A stretch of 64,000 nt of DNA from an uncultured Candidatus Saccharibacteria bacterium (lineage in GTDB: Bacteria > Patescibacteriota > Minisyncoccia > Phycocordibacterales > Zambryskibacteraceae): contig CAZDDU010000002.1 of assembly GCA_964504255.1 (NCBI GenBank), forward strand, positions 60,385 through 124,384, given 5' to 3'. Position 1 is the first letter of the stretch, and each line of letters begins with the position of its first letter. Position numbers and translations under genes: made by a program. The notes beneath the pieces were generated by a model. That model did not search any database. It was given only the letters and a program-made list of their open reading frames with translations, and was not told the origin of the DNA. This document shows, piece by piece, positions 17,843 to 26,506 of the stretch.

Positions 17843-18073
17843 TTATGTTGTCAAAAAAAGAAAAACCACCCAAGAGTCTGGGTGGGTCCTACACTCTGAT
17901 TGCCTAGAAGCGTGAGCCTCAAAGAAACCAGAGACAACCTCGTGCCATCTGTTGCTCGGCATGGCGGGTTCTCGAACAACTTCTGCGCAGTCGCAATGAC
18001 TACCTCTACAGGTGAATCTCTCGAGGCCGCTTGTTCCAGCGGAGTCTCTCACAATATCGTGCACGTTGGTCAT
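17843..18073 (-). CDS. P2: small Cys/His domain protein, paralog of P1 and P3.
   Basis: 76 aa. The shared pattern is H-D-(I/V)-V-x-D-S...E-R-(F/Y)-T-C-x3-4-C...(E/Q)-P-x-M-(S/P)...F(F)-x2-H-x-P-D. The last 12 codons read through the terminator hairpin. Confidence 0.55.
   Translation of the reverse strand: MTNVHDIVRDSAGTSGLERFTCRGSHCDCAEVVREPAMPSNRWHEVVSGFFEAHASRQSECRTHPDSWVVFLFLTT
17853..17886 (-). terminator. Terminator of P2. The hairpin has the same stem sequence as the P1 terminator.
   Basis: CCACCC-aagagtct-GGGTGG followed by TTTTTCTTTTTTT on the minus strand. Confidence 0.5.
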
Positions 18074-18100
18074 TAGCCTATCTCATTGAGGAGCGGTCTG

Positions 18101-18118
18101 TGTACGAGTTTACACAAG
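18101..18118. promoter_or_regulatory. Inverted repeat TGTGTA-N6-TACACA upstream of P2. Candidate operator.
   Basis: A perfect 6-bp inverted repeat about 30 bp upstream of the P2 start codon. Confidence 0.3.
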
Positions 18119-18144
18119 AGAAATGAAAAATTTATGAATGAAAA

Positions 18145-18165
18145 AAGTCACCGCTTGGGTGACTT
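18145..18165 (-). terminator. Terminator after the YefM-like gene.
   Basis: AAGTCACC-gcttg-GGTGACTT followed by TTTTTTCAT on the minus strand. It overlaps the TGA stop. Confidence 0.5.
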
Positions 18166-18324
18166 GTTTGTCTTTGGCTTTTCCTTATAGGGTCCAAGGA
18201 TAGCCAATGGTCTGCCGTGGTTCGTGATCACGTAACTCTCACCGAGAAGCTTGACCCTATTCAGGATCATGGACATCTCGTCTCGAAGTGTGGTGACGCT
18301 GATGATGGTTGTCTTATCTTTCAT
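18148..18324 (-). CDS. Phd/YefM-family antitoxin-like protein, truncated (58 aa). Not in the ORF track.
   Basis: MKDKTTIISVTTLRDEMSMILNRVKLLGESYVITNHGRPLAILGPYKEK matches the YefM/Phd N-terminal fold signature (..ISvtEaR..ls..l..v....viIT..G.P.AvL...). No toxin gene lies downstream. It sits 23 bp downstream of P3. Confidence 0.55.
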   Translation of the reverse strand: MKDKTTIISVTTLRDEMSMILNRVKLLGESYVITNHGRPLAILGPYKEKPKTNKSPKR

Positions 18325-18347
18325 CCGCTCTCCTGATGAAGATTGGG

Positions 18348-18536
18348 TTACTTGATATTTGGATCAGCGGGAGGATGTCGGTTGAAGAACGTTTTCTTGA
18401 TCTTCTCCCAGAAGGCATTGCTCATGTGGGGCTGCCGGGTTATCCCGTTTTGTCCACACCCAGGGCTGTTGCAGGTATATCTTTCGGCTTGGGCGAATCC
18501 ACCACTGTCCTTCACCACATCGTGGCCGTGTGCCAT
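18348..18536 (-). CDS. P3: small Cys/His domain protein, paralog of P1 and P2.
   Basis: 62 aa. AAGAGGA lies 5 nt upstream of the ATG. A TTGACA-16-TATTGT promoter lies upstream. Confidence 0.55.
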   Translation of the reverse strand: MAHGHDVVKDSGGFAQAERYTCNSPGCGQNGITRQPHMSNAFWEKIKKTFFNRHPPADPNIK

Positions 18537-18581
18537 TGAGTCCTCTTGAAAGTGTCTTTCTAGAACAATACTGCAAAAATA

Positions 18582-18755
18582 CTAAATGTCAAAGTTATCA
18601 GACGCCTCTATATAGTAGCTGTACATCCCCTCCTGCTCTAGTTGGAACTTGACCACCTTAGGGACCCAAAGACCCTTGGTAAAGATAAGAATAAGTCCAA
18701 TACAAATAAGTATCGCAAGCACTATCTGGATAAATTTTAAAGTGTTTGTACTCAT
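18582..18755 (-). CDS. 57-aa single-TM mini membrane protein. Not in the ORF track.
   Basis: MSTNTLKFIQIVLAILICIGLILIF... Its ATG lies 1 nt after the stop of the upstream 34-aa ORF. Confidence 0.35.
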   Translation of the reverse strand: MSTNTLKFIQIVLAILICIGLILIFTKGLWVPKVVKFQLEQEGMYSYYIEASDNFDI

Positions 18756-18756
18756 G

Positions 18757-18861
18757 CTAGTCGAGCAGACCCTCCCACCACTTCATGGTGTTGTTTAGGA
18801 AAAAAATAGCAGGTGCATAGAGTGGTAAAAGCAGGAAGAATAAAAATTTTTTTGCATTCAT
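18757..18861 (-). CDS. 34-aa hydrophobic peptide.
   Basis: MNAKKFLFFLLLPLYAPAIFFLNNTMKWWEGLLD. It is packed 1 nt after the stop of the 93-aa gene (TAAcATG). Confidence 0.25.
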   Translation of the reverse strand: MNAKKFLFFLLLPLYAPAIFFLNNTMKWWEGLLD

Positions 18862-18862
18862 G

Positions 18863-19144
18863 TTAGTTGTTTGGTGTGTAGTTACCTCTTCCCCAGTCAA
18901 TAAAGTTGTTGAAGTTGTTCCAGGCTATGTCGAGTATTGGCCAGACTATCCTATGCCAGATAAACACAACTGGTGCAGATATATATGACCATACTAGGTT
19001 CACAACATCTCTAATGTAGAGGATAGTCGACTTACCTTGCTCTGTAGAGGCAGCATCGAATATATCCCAGTTTAGGAAGTACTTCAAGAGAGTTAAGGCG
19101 ATGATGACTATAACGATGATCATGACGAAGCCTTTGCTTTTCAT
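18863..19144 (-). CDS. Small membrane protein.
   Basis: 93 aa with 2 TM helices. It lies 13 bp downstream of the M23 peptidase gene. Confidence 0.45.
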   Translation of the reverse strand: MKSKGFVMIIVIVIIALTLLKYFLNWDIFDAASTEQGKSTILYIRDVVNLVWSYISAPVVFIWHRIVWPILDIAWNNFNNFIDWGRGNYTPNN

Positions 19145-19156
19145 AACTTAATGCTA

Positions 19157-20434
19157 CTAGAGGTTGGGTAGATAGCCAAGTGGGTCAAGATAGTCTCTTG
19201 GGTTAGCAAGCGGGATGCTAACATTCTGACAATTCTTGCTCGATGAGTAAGGAAGGATCTGTACTCCAGCTGTAACGAAGAGGCCGAAATGGAGGTGTGG
19301 ACCGGTCGAGAAGCCAGAACCATTTTGCCTTGGCTGGCCTCCAGTGTAGCCTATAACCTGCCCCTCACTCACATCCTGTCCAGTTGTTACTATGGACCCT
19401 GATAGGTGTGCGTAGAGGGAAGAGAGCCCGTTGTTATGTCTTATTAGTATCCACCTTCCGTACGAGTAGCACCCCCTTTGGTCGTCGGTGTTACCAGTGC
19501 CTGACACCACTCCCCCTCTCACACTTTTTACCGGTGTACCAACGGTGGCTCTGAAGTCTATACCATTGTGAGTGCCCGAGACATAAAGTCTAGTAGATGC
19601 ACTGGTCCTACCGAATTGTTGAGTGATAAATACATTCTCGAGAGGCCAGGCAAGAGCACCTCGACCCGCTGTTGGTCTCTCTGATGCATCAGATGCAGTA
19701 AGAGCAGACTCGAACTGGAAGAGTAGTCGCTCGAACTCTTCCTCGCGAGCCTTATTTTCTTTAAGCATTTTTTGGTACTCGGCTTCTTTGTTCTTGGTGG
19801 CGGCTAGCAATAGGGCTTGAGCGGTACGGGTCTCGTCTACAACTCTCTTTTGCCCACTGAGTTGAGAGGAAAGACTGACGAGTTGTTTCTTTTGCGACTC
19901 CTTGGCAACCTTGTTCTCAATCAATTTTACCTGTGTCTTCTCGAGAGTGTTTATGCGGTCATTGATCTTGTCCTGGAGGTCCCAGATATTCACTGTGTCA
20001 GACCACACTTCGTCTAGTGACTCATAACTCAAAAGACCGAAGACGAAACTCTGTTTATCATAAGATGCTATCCGTTGCAGAGATTCTTTAATAGCGCTTT
20101 TATGAGTTTCTATCTCAGACTCATTTGTGCCTATGTCACCCTCGAGTTTCTTGATAGTAAGATTCGATGTGTTGATGTTTGCCTGAGTAAGCTTGAGGTC
20201 ATTAGCAAGCTTGCTCCTGGTAGTGTCGAGTGTCTTAACGTTTGTTTGTAGAGTCTGACCCTCTTTAGAAACTTCGTTTAAGGCAGTTTGCAACTTCTTC
20301 TGCTCCTCAAGTAGCTTGTCTCGCTCTCTCTTGGTCTCCTCGATTTTCTGCTGTATATCTGAATTAGTCTGTGCCGAGCTTATAGTGGGGAAGAATGAGA
20401 AAGTTACTATTAGTATGAGTAAGAGTTTTTTCAT
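19157..20434 (-). CDS. M23 (LytM) metallopeptidase with an N-terminal coiled coil (EnvC-like).
   Basis: HNGIDF...GPHLHFGL carry the M23 zinc ligands. The N-terminal 230 aa are coiled coil, preceded by a signal peptide. Confidence 0.85.
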   Translation of the reverse strand: MKKLLLILIVTFSFFPTISSAQTNSDIQQKIEETKRERDKLLEEQKKLQTALNEVSKEGQTLQTNVKTLDTTRSKLANDLKLTQANINTSNLTIKKLEGDIGTNESEIETHKSAIKESLQRIASYDKQSFVFGLLSYESLDEVWSDTVNIWDLQDKINDRINTLEKTQVKLIENKVAKESQKKQLVSLSSQLSGQKRVVDETRTAQALLLAATKNKEAEYQKMLKENKAREEEFERLLFQFESALTASDASERPTAGRGALAWPLENVFITQQFGRTSASTRLYVSGTHNGIDFRATVGTPVKSVRGGVVSGTGNTDDQRGCYSYGRWILIRHNNGLSSLYAHLSGSIVTTGQDVSEGQVIGYTGGQPRQNGSGFSTGPHLHFGLFVTAGVQILPYSSSKNCQNVSIPLANPRDYLDPLGYLPNL

Positions 20435-21654
20435 TTCAAGAGTTTGATAGCGTTTTCGACCCTACTCCTTGATTCGTCTGGTCCCAATATTTTTATTAGA
20501 GTAAATGGATCAGGAGATTTGTCTTTGCCGGATAGTGCGAAGCGTAGTGGCCAAAGGACGTTACCCTTTCCCATCTCCTCTGCATACTTCATAATCTCGT
20601 CATTGTTATTCAGCATACTGAGCACCTTCTCTAAGTGTTTCCTAGTCTCTTCGACTGGGACTGTCTTCCAATTTATTTTGGCTAAATCTAGGTTTGGTGC
20701 TCTGTGCACATAATCTTCATGCTCGATAGATTTGAGCAAGATCTTGAATTGCTCTTCCTCGGGTAAGAGCTTGATGTGCTCTTTGTTGAACCACTCAAGC
20801 TTCTTCTCGTTAAATATAGCTCCACCTCTTTGGACCTTCTTAATATCGAAAGCTTTTTCCAATTCCTTGAGGGTAAAAACCTCTTGCTCGGTACCTGGGT
20901 TCCAACCAATAAGCGCTAGGAAGTTTAGTAGTGCCTCGGGCAAGATACCTGATTTCCTATAGAAATCGACTGACACCGCCTCACCATGCTTTCTCTTAGA
21001 GAGCTTCTGCCTATCTGCATCGAGCATGAGTGGTAGGTGGGCGTATACAGGTCTCTTAGCTCCTATGGCCTCTTGGATGAGTATCTGGCGAGGGGTGTTA
21101 GAGATGTGGTCCTCACCCCTAATTACATGAGTAATACCCATCTCATGGTCATCTACGACAACCGCAAGATGGTAGAGAGGCTCCTCAGGAGACTTGGCAA
21201 TGACGAAATCACCAAGCTCAGTAGTATCAAACTCAACCTTGTCACGAATAAGATCCTCGAAGACAACTCTTTTGTTAGGGTTTTTAAATCTCACCACTTC
21301 TGCTCGATCCCCTTCTTCCTTAGGAGTCTCCTTGGATATATAAGCAGTACCGTTTGCAATCATCTTCTTTACATATGACACATACACATCTGTCCTCTCA
21401 GACTGTCTGTAGAAGGCATCATGCTTAAGTCCTAACCACTCAAGTCCGTCCAGAATGTTCTGCTCAAACTCTTTGGTCGAGCGCTCCTTGTCGGTGTCCT
21501 CAATACGCATAATGAACTTACCTCCCATCTTTTTGGCAAAGAGGTAGTTAAAGAGTGTCGTGCGAGCAGTGCCTACATGCAGTACTCCTGTAGGCGATGG
21601 AGCCATGCGCACTACTACCTTATCGCTGCCAAATAATTTGCTAAAGATATTCAT
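20431..21654 (-). CDS. gltX: Glutamate--tRNA ligase (compact, 407 aa).
   Basis: The N-terminus reads SPTGVLHVGTARTTLFNYLFAKK. A KMSKS-type motif reads KLSKRK. It overlaps the downstream gene as ATGA. Confidence 0.88.
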   Translation of the reverse strand: MNIFSKLFGSDKVVVRMAPSPTGVLHVGTARTTLFNYLFAKKMGGKFIMRIEDTDKERSTKEFEQNILDGLEWLGLKHDAFYRQSERTDVYVSYVKKMIANGTAYISKETPKEEGDRAEVVRFKNPNKRVVFEDLIRDKVEFDTTELGDFVIAKSPEEPLYHLAVVVDDHEMGITHVIRGEDHISNTPRQILIQEAIGAKRPVYAHLPLMLDADRQKLSKRKHGEAVSVDFYRKSGILPEALLNFLALIGWNPGTEQEVFTLKELEKAFDIKKVQRGGAIFNEKKLEWFNKEHIKLLPEEEQFKILLKSIEHEDYVHRAPNLDLAKINWKTVPVEETRKHLEKVLSMLNNNDEIMKYAEEMGKGNVLWPLRFALSGKDKSPDPFTLIKILGPDESRSRVENAIKLLK

Positions 21655-21657
21655 ATT

Positions 21658-22785
21658 TTAAAATTCATGCGAGAGTCCGATCTTGAGGATTTCCTCGGCT
21701 ACCTTCTTAGCGGCATCAGCCCGGTCGAAGGTCTTGGCACTTGCCTTCATCTTGTCTCGTAACTCACTAGTACTTAAGATTCTCCTCACTTCCGCAATGA
21801 GGATGTTCGCAGTTAGATTATCCTCCTCCACTACTTCACATGCACCAGCTCTTGCGTAGGAGAAGGCGTTCGCTCTCTGGTGATCTCCATTAGAGTCCTT
21901 GATGGGGATGATGATGCTTGGCACTCCCCAAGATGCTATTTCGAAAATAGTTGAACCTGCACGAGAGACGACAATATCCGCTGCACCAGCTGCCATACGA
22001 AGCTCTAGGCCGTTTAGGTAATCAACTGGCTTGTATCTATCTTTGTTTGTGGACTTACTCAAAATAACATCGGCAGTAGTCTTCGATGAAGTAATGTTTT
22101 TCTTACCTGTTTGATGTATGACAGAGTAATCTTTGATAAGTTCTGGGAGCGCTTCTACGACTACTTCGTTGATAGCCTCTGCGCCTTGTGAGCCTCCTAG
22201 GACAAGCACTGTAGGGATACCTTCCTCTACTTTCATAAACTCCTTACCACCGTCAGTCTTCCTTTGTCTGATATCCTCCCTCACTGGGTTACCAGTGTGA
22301 GCCACCTTATCTGAAGGAAAATACTTGGCAGCCTCAGCCCAGGAGACTGCAATTTTGCTAGCAAATTTGCTAGCCCAGAGGTTTGCTCTTCCAGGCACAG
22401 AGTCTGACTCGTGTATAACGACAGGGATGTGTAGTAGTCTTGCTGCAAAAAGTACAGGGAAACTAGCGTACCCACCCTTGCCGAAAATGACATCCGGGTA
22501 GAGTCTGTACACTTTGTATATAGCACTAAGCACTCCCCAGGCTGTTCTCCATAGATCGAAGAAGTTGAGGAGAGAGAAGTATCTACGCATCTTGCCAGCT
22601 TGAACTTTCTTATAAGTGATACTTTGCTCGAATAGGATGCTTTCGTTGTATGGAGTTGGCGCGAAGTAGTAGAGCTCTGGAGGTAGAAGCTTCTTTTCCT
22701 TAGCTACTTCTCGAATAGCCTCTGCCACAGCAATAATAGGATAGAAGTGTCCACCAGTTCCGCCGCCTGTAAATAGGATTCTCAT
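21658..22785 (-). CDS. murG: MurG glycosyltransferase.
   Basis: MRILFTGGGTGGHFYPIIAV. GT28 N- and C-terminal domains. Confidence 0.9.
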   Translation of the reverse strand: MRILFTGGGTGGHFYPIIAVAEAIREVAKEKKLLPPELYYFAPTPYNESILFEQSITYKKVQAGKMRRYFSLLNFFDLWRTAWGVLSAIYKVYRLYPDVIFGKGGYASFPVLFAARLLHIPVVIHESDSVPGRANLWASKFASKIAVSWAEAAKYFPSDKVAHTGNPVREDIRQRKTDGGKEFMKVEEGIPTVLVLGGSQGAEAINEVVVEALPELIKDYSVIHQTGKKNITSSKTTADVILSKSTNKDRYKPVDYLNGLELRMAAGAADIVVSRAGSTIFEIASWGVPSIIIPIKDSNGDHQRANAFSYARAGACEVVEEDNLTANILIAEVRRILSTSELRDKMKASAKTFDRADAAKKVAEEILKIGLSHEF

Positions 22786-22804
22786 GTTTATTTTGGAAGT
22801 TGTA

Positions 22805-23923
22805 CTACTTCCTCTTTGGGCTCAAAGTAGCTGATTTAGATATCGAGAGGATGATCCCCGCCTCAAGTAAGGTGAAGAATAGTGAGGTTCCCCCTTGGCT
22901 CACAAAAGGCAATGTAATACCAGAGAGAGGCAAAATACCTAGCATTGCCCCAATGTTTACAAACGCCTGAGCAGTAATCATTATAACAAGCCCAGTGACC
23001 ACCAGTCTACCGAAGGGATCAGTAGTGTTTGAAGCGATCTTGAGTCCCCTGACAGCAAAGAACACGAATAAGAGTATAAGCAGGCTCGCCCCAACGAAGC
23101 CGAATTCCTCCGCTTGGACCGCGAAGATAGAGTCCCCCATAGGCTCGGGTAAGAAAGCGAACTTCTGCACGCTCTGGCCAAACCCTTTACCGAAGAAGCC
23201 TCCAGAGCCAATAGCTATGAGTGATTGCTGTATTTGGTAGCCAGATCCTTGCGCCTCCGATTGAGGGTTGAGATATGTGTAGATTCTTTGTCTCACATAC
23301 GGTCTTGTGGCAATGAGTAGGCCCAGAGCTAGTCCACCAGCAAGAATAAGTAAGAGGAGATCTCGCCATCTGCCACCACCGACTATGTAGACTGCCACTC
23401 CAGCGGTGGCAAGCATGACGAAAGTGTCTGTATCGGGCTGCATGAGGAGAAGAGTGCCACAAAGCGCCAAGAGGACGACAAGTGGTATGAAGCCAGCCTT
23501 GTACTCACCCATCTTCTCCTTCACCTTTGAGGCCCAAGCAGCAAGGTATATAACGAAAGCAAGTTTGAGGATCTCAGAAGGTTGGAAGGTTAGTCCCCCG
23601 ATTTCAATCCAGCGCCTAGCACCATTGTGAGCAAAGCCAACTTGAGGAATGAGGACCAAGATATTCAAAATAACAGCGAAAACTAAAATATAAAATGCAT
23701 ATTTTTTCCACTTCTTGTAGTCAGACCTGATAGCAACGAGCATCGCAACTGACCCAAGACATAGCCCGAGGACAGTTTGAGAGAAAGTAACAGAAGAGTA
23801 TTGTGCACTCGACTTAGCAAGGAGTCCGAGTGAGGCTGAGTAGAAACTAACAAACCCCGCAATAGCCAAAATAACTACCGCGAAGAAAAAGGGTTTATCT
23901 ACTCTCCACTCTTTGAAGGACAT
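22805..23923 (-). CDS. ftsW: SEDS-family cell division protein FtsW/RodA.
   Basis: 372 aa with about 10 TM helices and a conserved SEDS periplasmic loop. Confidence 0.85.
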   Translation of the reverse strand: MSFKEWRVDKPFFFAVVILAIAGFVSFYSASLGLLAKSSAQYSSVTFSQTVLGLCLGSVAMLVAIRSDYKKWKKYAFYILVFAVILNILVLIPQVGFAHNGARRWIEIGGLTFQPSEILKLAFVIYLAAWASKVKEKMGEYKAGFIPLVVLLALCGTLLLMQPDTDTFVMLATAGVAVYIVGGGRWRDLLLLILAGGLALGLLIATRPYVRQRIYTYLNPQSEAQGSGYQIQQSLIAIGSGGFFGKGFGQSVQKFAFLPEPMGDSIFAVQAEEFGFVGASLLILLFVFFAVRGLKIASNTTDPFGRLVVTGLVIMITAQAFVNIGAMLGILPLSGITLPFVSQGGTSLFFTLLEAGIILSISKSATLSPKRK

Positions 23924-23952
23924 GGGGAGATTATATCAGATCAAAATAGGAT

Positions 23953-25005
23953 TTAACCCAAGAGTACAATAACGAGGCCGAGGAGACTGGTGAAGACACC
24001 AACTATCCAATATCGCATAACAACAGTTGATGCGGGCCAGCCAAGAGCTTGGAAGTGGTGATGTAGCGGAGCAACCAAGAAGACCTTCTTCCCTCCTCTA
24101 AATCTCTTTGACAATAGTTGTATTGAGCTTGATGCTGAGGAGACTACTAATGGGAAGGCGATGAGTGGGAGGATAAGCACTTGCTGTGTAAGGAAGGCAA
24201 CGACAGCGAGTGTCATGGTAAGTGCCATGATTCCAGTCTCTGACATGAAGAAGAGTGCAGGTGGTATGTTGTACCAGAGGAAGGCCAAGAGTCCGCCCAT
24301 AAGAACGAAGCAGAAGGCAGAGAGGTCTATCTGGTTACCCAAGAAGGCAATCACGCCGTAGGTACCGAAGATAATGGCGAAGACTCCCCCAGAGAGGCCG
24401 TCTAGTCCGTCTATCACTCCACCAGAGTATGTTCCAAGCATCACAAGAACGAAGAATGGTATAAAGAACCACCCAATATCAACTATCCCGAGGAAGGGCA
24501 CTATGATACTTGTCATCTCGAGTTTGTAGTAGAACCACCAAGCACCAATGAGAGCAACAATAGTAACCATGAGTATACGCTTCTTGAAGGAGAGTCCACC
24601 AGCCTTCTGGTCGTATATTTCGCTCACGGTCCAGTAGTCGTCTATAAGACCAATAATTGCTCCCATGATGAGGGTAAAGACGGGTAACCATGTTTGATTC
24701 CTCGATAAGAAGTCTAGTTTGTCCAAGGTGTCACTATCGAACTGTGAGCCAAACCAGAAGAGGAGGATTGTAAGTAGTGCACTCGCCCAGATGATGATAC
24801 CTCCCATTCTTGGTGTTTTTCTCTCCTCGTCGCCATGCAGAGCTTGGGTTATGGGTGCTCCAGAACCATCGGTCGATATAACGACACTCTTCTTTTTCCA
24901 AAACTTATGGGAGACAAGGAAGCGAGACACAGCAGGAGTCATAAGCAGTCCAAAAACGAAGGCGAAGAGTGCTGGCACAAAGATCTTTACTACATCTAGT
25001 ATCAT
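23953..25005 (-). CDS. mraY: Phospho-N-acetylmuramoyl-pentapeptide transferase MraY.
   Basis: The DD motif reads GLIDDY. The VIDGLDGLSGG motif is present. 350 aa, polytopic. Confidence 0.85.
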   Translation of the reverse strand: MILDVVKIFVPALFAFVFGLLMTPAVSRFLVSHKFWKKKSVVISTDGSGAPITQALHGDEERKTPRMGGIIIWASALLTILLFWFGSQFDSDTLDKLDFLSRNQTWLPVFTLIMGAIIGLIDDYWTVSEIYDQKAGGLSFKKRILMVTIVALIGAWWFYYKLEMTSIIVPFLGIVDIGWFFIPFFVLVMLGTYSGGVIDGLDGLSGGVFAIIFGTYGVIAFLGNQIDLSAFCFVLMGGLLAFLWYNIPPALFFMSETGIMALTMTLAVVAFLTQQVLILPLIAFPLVVSSASSSIQLLSKRFRGGKKVFLVAPLHHHFQALGWPASTVVMRYWIVGVFTSLLGLVIVLLG

Positions 25006-25970
25006 TATTCTTTAGATATTACACTATTTTGCACACTGGCTAAACTAGCATTAACTAAGACCATCATGTCTCTGAACCGCCCATTCTCGGATGAGCCAAG
25101 TAGCGAGATGATAATCGGCCGACCAAGCTCTGGGTCAAAAGCGATAACTAGGTTGCCTCCCGCTAGGTCCGTGAAGCCGGTTTTAGAAGCGATGATGCCG
25201 GGGATATTGTTCACTATAGAACTTGTGTTCCTGGCTGTGTGGACCATGCCCTCAATATTTTTAATTTTCAATGTAGATGACTTAGTGCTAGCAAGAAGAG
25301 TTGGATTATTCTTCAAAACATACTCGAGTAGTATGGCTTGGTCCTTGGCACTGCCGTAAGCACCTCCCTGCTCTTTGGACTCGTCTAATCCTGTGTCATT
25401 TAGATAATAAGTGTTCTTCATGCCAAGTGTGCTCGCAAGATCATTCATCTTGAGGACGAAGTCACTTATCAAGCTTTCATCGCTTGTCTTATCATCACCA
25501 AGAGATCCAACAGCAAGAGCAATAGCTCTTATTCCATCGTTTGCCGAACTAACCAGTGAGAAGTCGAGAAGGTCCTTGAGTGTCCAATGCTCTCCTGGGA
25601 CAAGACCTGCGTCACCATCAGTCTTAGTTGAGCTCTCTGATATAGCGATGGTGCGGTAGCTTGGTACTGCCTCGCTAGCTACGAGTGCACTCATAACCTT
25701 GGTGAGAGAGGCAAGAGGGAGGCGCTCATTTTCATTCTTGGCATAAAGCACTTCGCCGCTTAAGGTGTCATACACATACGCAGCCTTGGCTTCTATGTCT
25801 ACTCGGCCGATAGGAAGTGGGGTACTTACTTTTACTAACACCTCTTTCTCTTCAACACTTTTAGAACCCAAGATATAAGTAAAGGTAAGCAAAAGGATCA
25901 GGATAACTCCAAGCGCAGAGAAAAAAGTTATTTCTTGTTTATTCGTTAGCATCTTTTTCTTCCGTTGCAA
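25005..25970 (-). CDS. D-alanyl-D-alanine carboxypeptidase (S11, PBP5-like).
   Basis: SxxK reads ASLTK. SxN reads SANDG. A signal anchor is present. Confidence 0.8.
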   Translation of the reverse strand: MQRKKKMLTNKQEITFFSALGVILILLLTFTYILGSKSVEEKEVLVKVSTPLPIGRVDIEAKAAYVYDTLSGEVLYAKNENERLPLASLTKVMSALVASEAVPSYRTIAISESSTKTDGDAGLVPGEHWTLKDLLDFSLVSSANDGIRAIALAVGSLGDDKTSDESLISDFVLKMNDLASTLGMKNTYYLNDTGLDESKEQGGAYGSAKDQAILLEYVLKNNPTLLASTKSSTLKIKNIEGMVHTARNTSSIVNNIPGIIASKTGFTDLAGGNLVIAFDPELGRPIIISLLGSSENGRFRDMMVLVNASLASVQNSVISKE

Positions 25971-26493
25971 TAAAGGTATTCATTTTTTGTAGTGCAGTGC
26001 CGTACTCTGGCAGATCCTTCACACTTGTTACCCCCAAGTGCTTGAGTAGAGCAAGGGTTGGTCTATAAGAAAAACTTCGCCCTGCCCCGAGCGTAGTCGA
26101 GGGATCCACTCTCTCGATAAGTCCGCGGATAAGTAGGTTCCTTACAATGAAGCCAGAGTTCACTCCTCTTATGTGATCTATCTCACGACGAGCTACGGGT
26201 CCTTTGTATAGGATAATAGACAGAGTCTCAAGCCCTGCGCGGCCGAGCTCCCTACTTAACTCCTCCTTTTGCATCTTCTCGAACATTTCACTTAGATCTG
26301 GATGTGTGCCGAAAGCCACAGTGTCGCTAGTCTCTATGAGTACGATGCCTTTGTTCTGGTAAATTGCCTTGAGGTTGTTTAGCGCATTCCTCACCACGTC
26401 AATATCCACTTCAAGTATCTTTGCCAACTCCTTGTGGGTAAGTGGTTCGTTCTTATAAAACAGTATTGCCTCAATTTTTTGTTCGGTATTCAT
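25939..26493 (-). CDS. scpB: Segregation and condensation protein B.
   Basis: Tandem winged helices: IEAILFYKNEPLTHKELAKIL and RGLIE. Confidence 0.85.
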   Translation of the reverse strand: MNTEQKIEAILFYKNEPLTHKELAKILEVDIDVVRNALNNLKAIYQNKGIVLIETSDTVAFGTHPDLSEMFEKMQKEELSRELGRAGLETLSIILYKGPVARREIDHIRGVNSGFIVRNLLIRGLIERVDPSTTLGAGRSFSYRPTLALLKHLGVTSVKDLPEYGTALQKMNTFIATEEKDANE

Positions 26494-26506
26494 TATTCGT
26501 TATTCA

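Noticed and set aside
17130-17915. A 261-aa plus-strand ORF overlapping P1 and P2.
   Set aside because: Its Cys/Trp/His-rich composition is implausible. It has no SD or promoter. The minus-strand frames are supported by paralogy, SD sequences, promoters and terminators.
18309-18549. Two plus-strand ORFs (76 and 68 aa) antisense to P3.
   Set aside because: P3 has conserved paralogs and expression signals. The plus-strand frames are Trp/Cys-rich with no signals.
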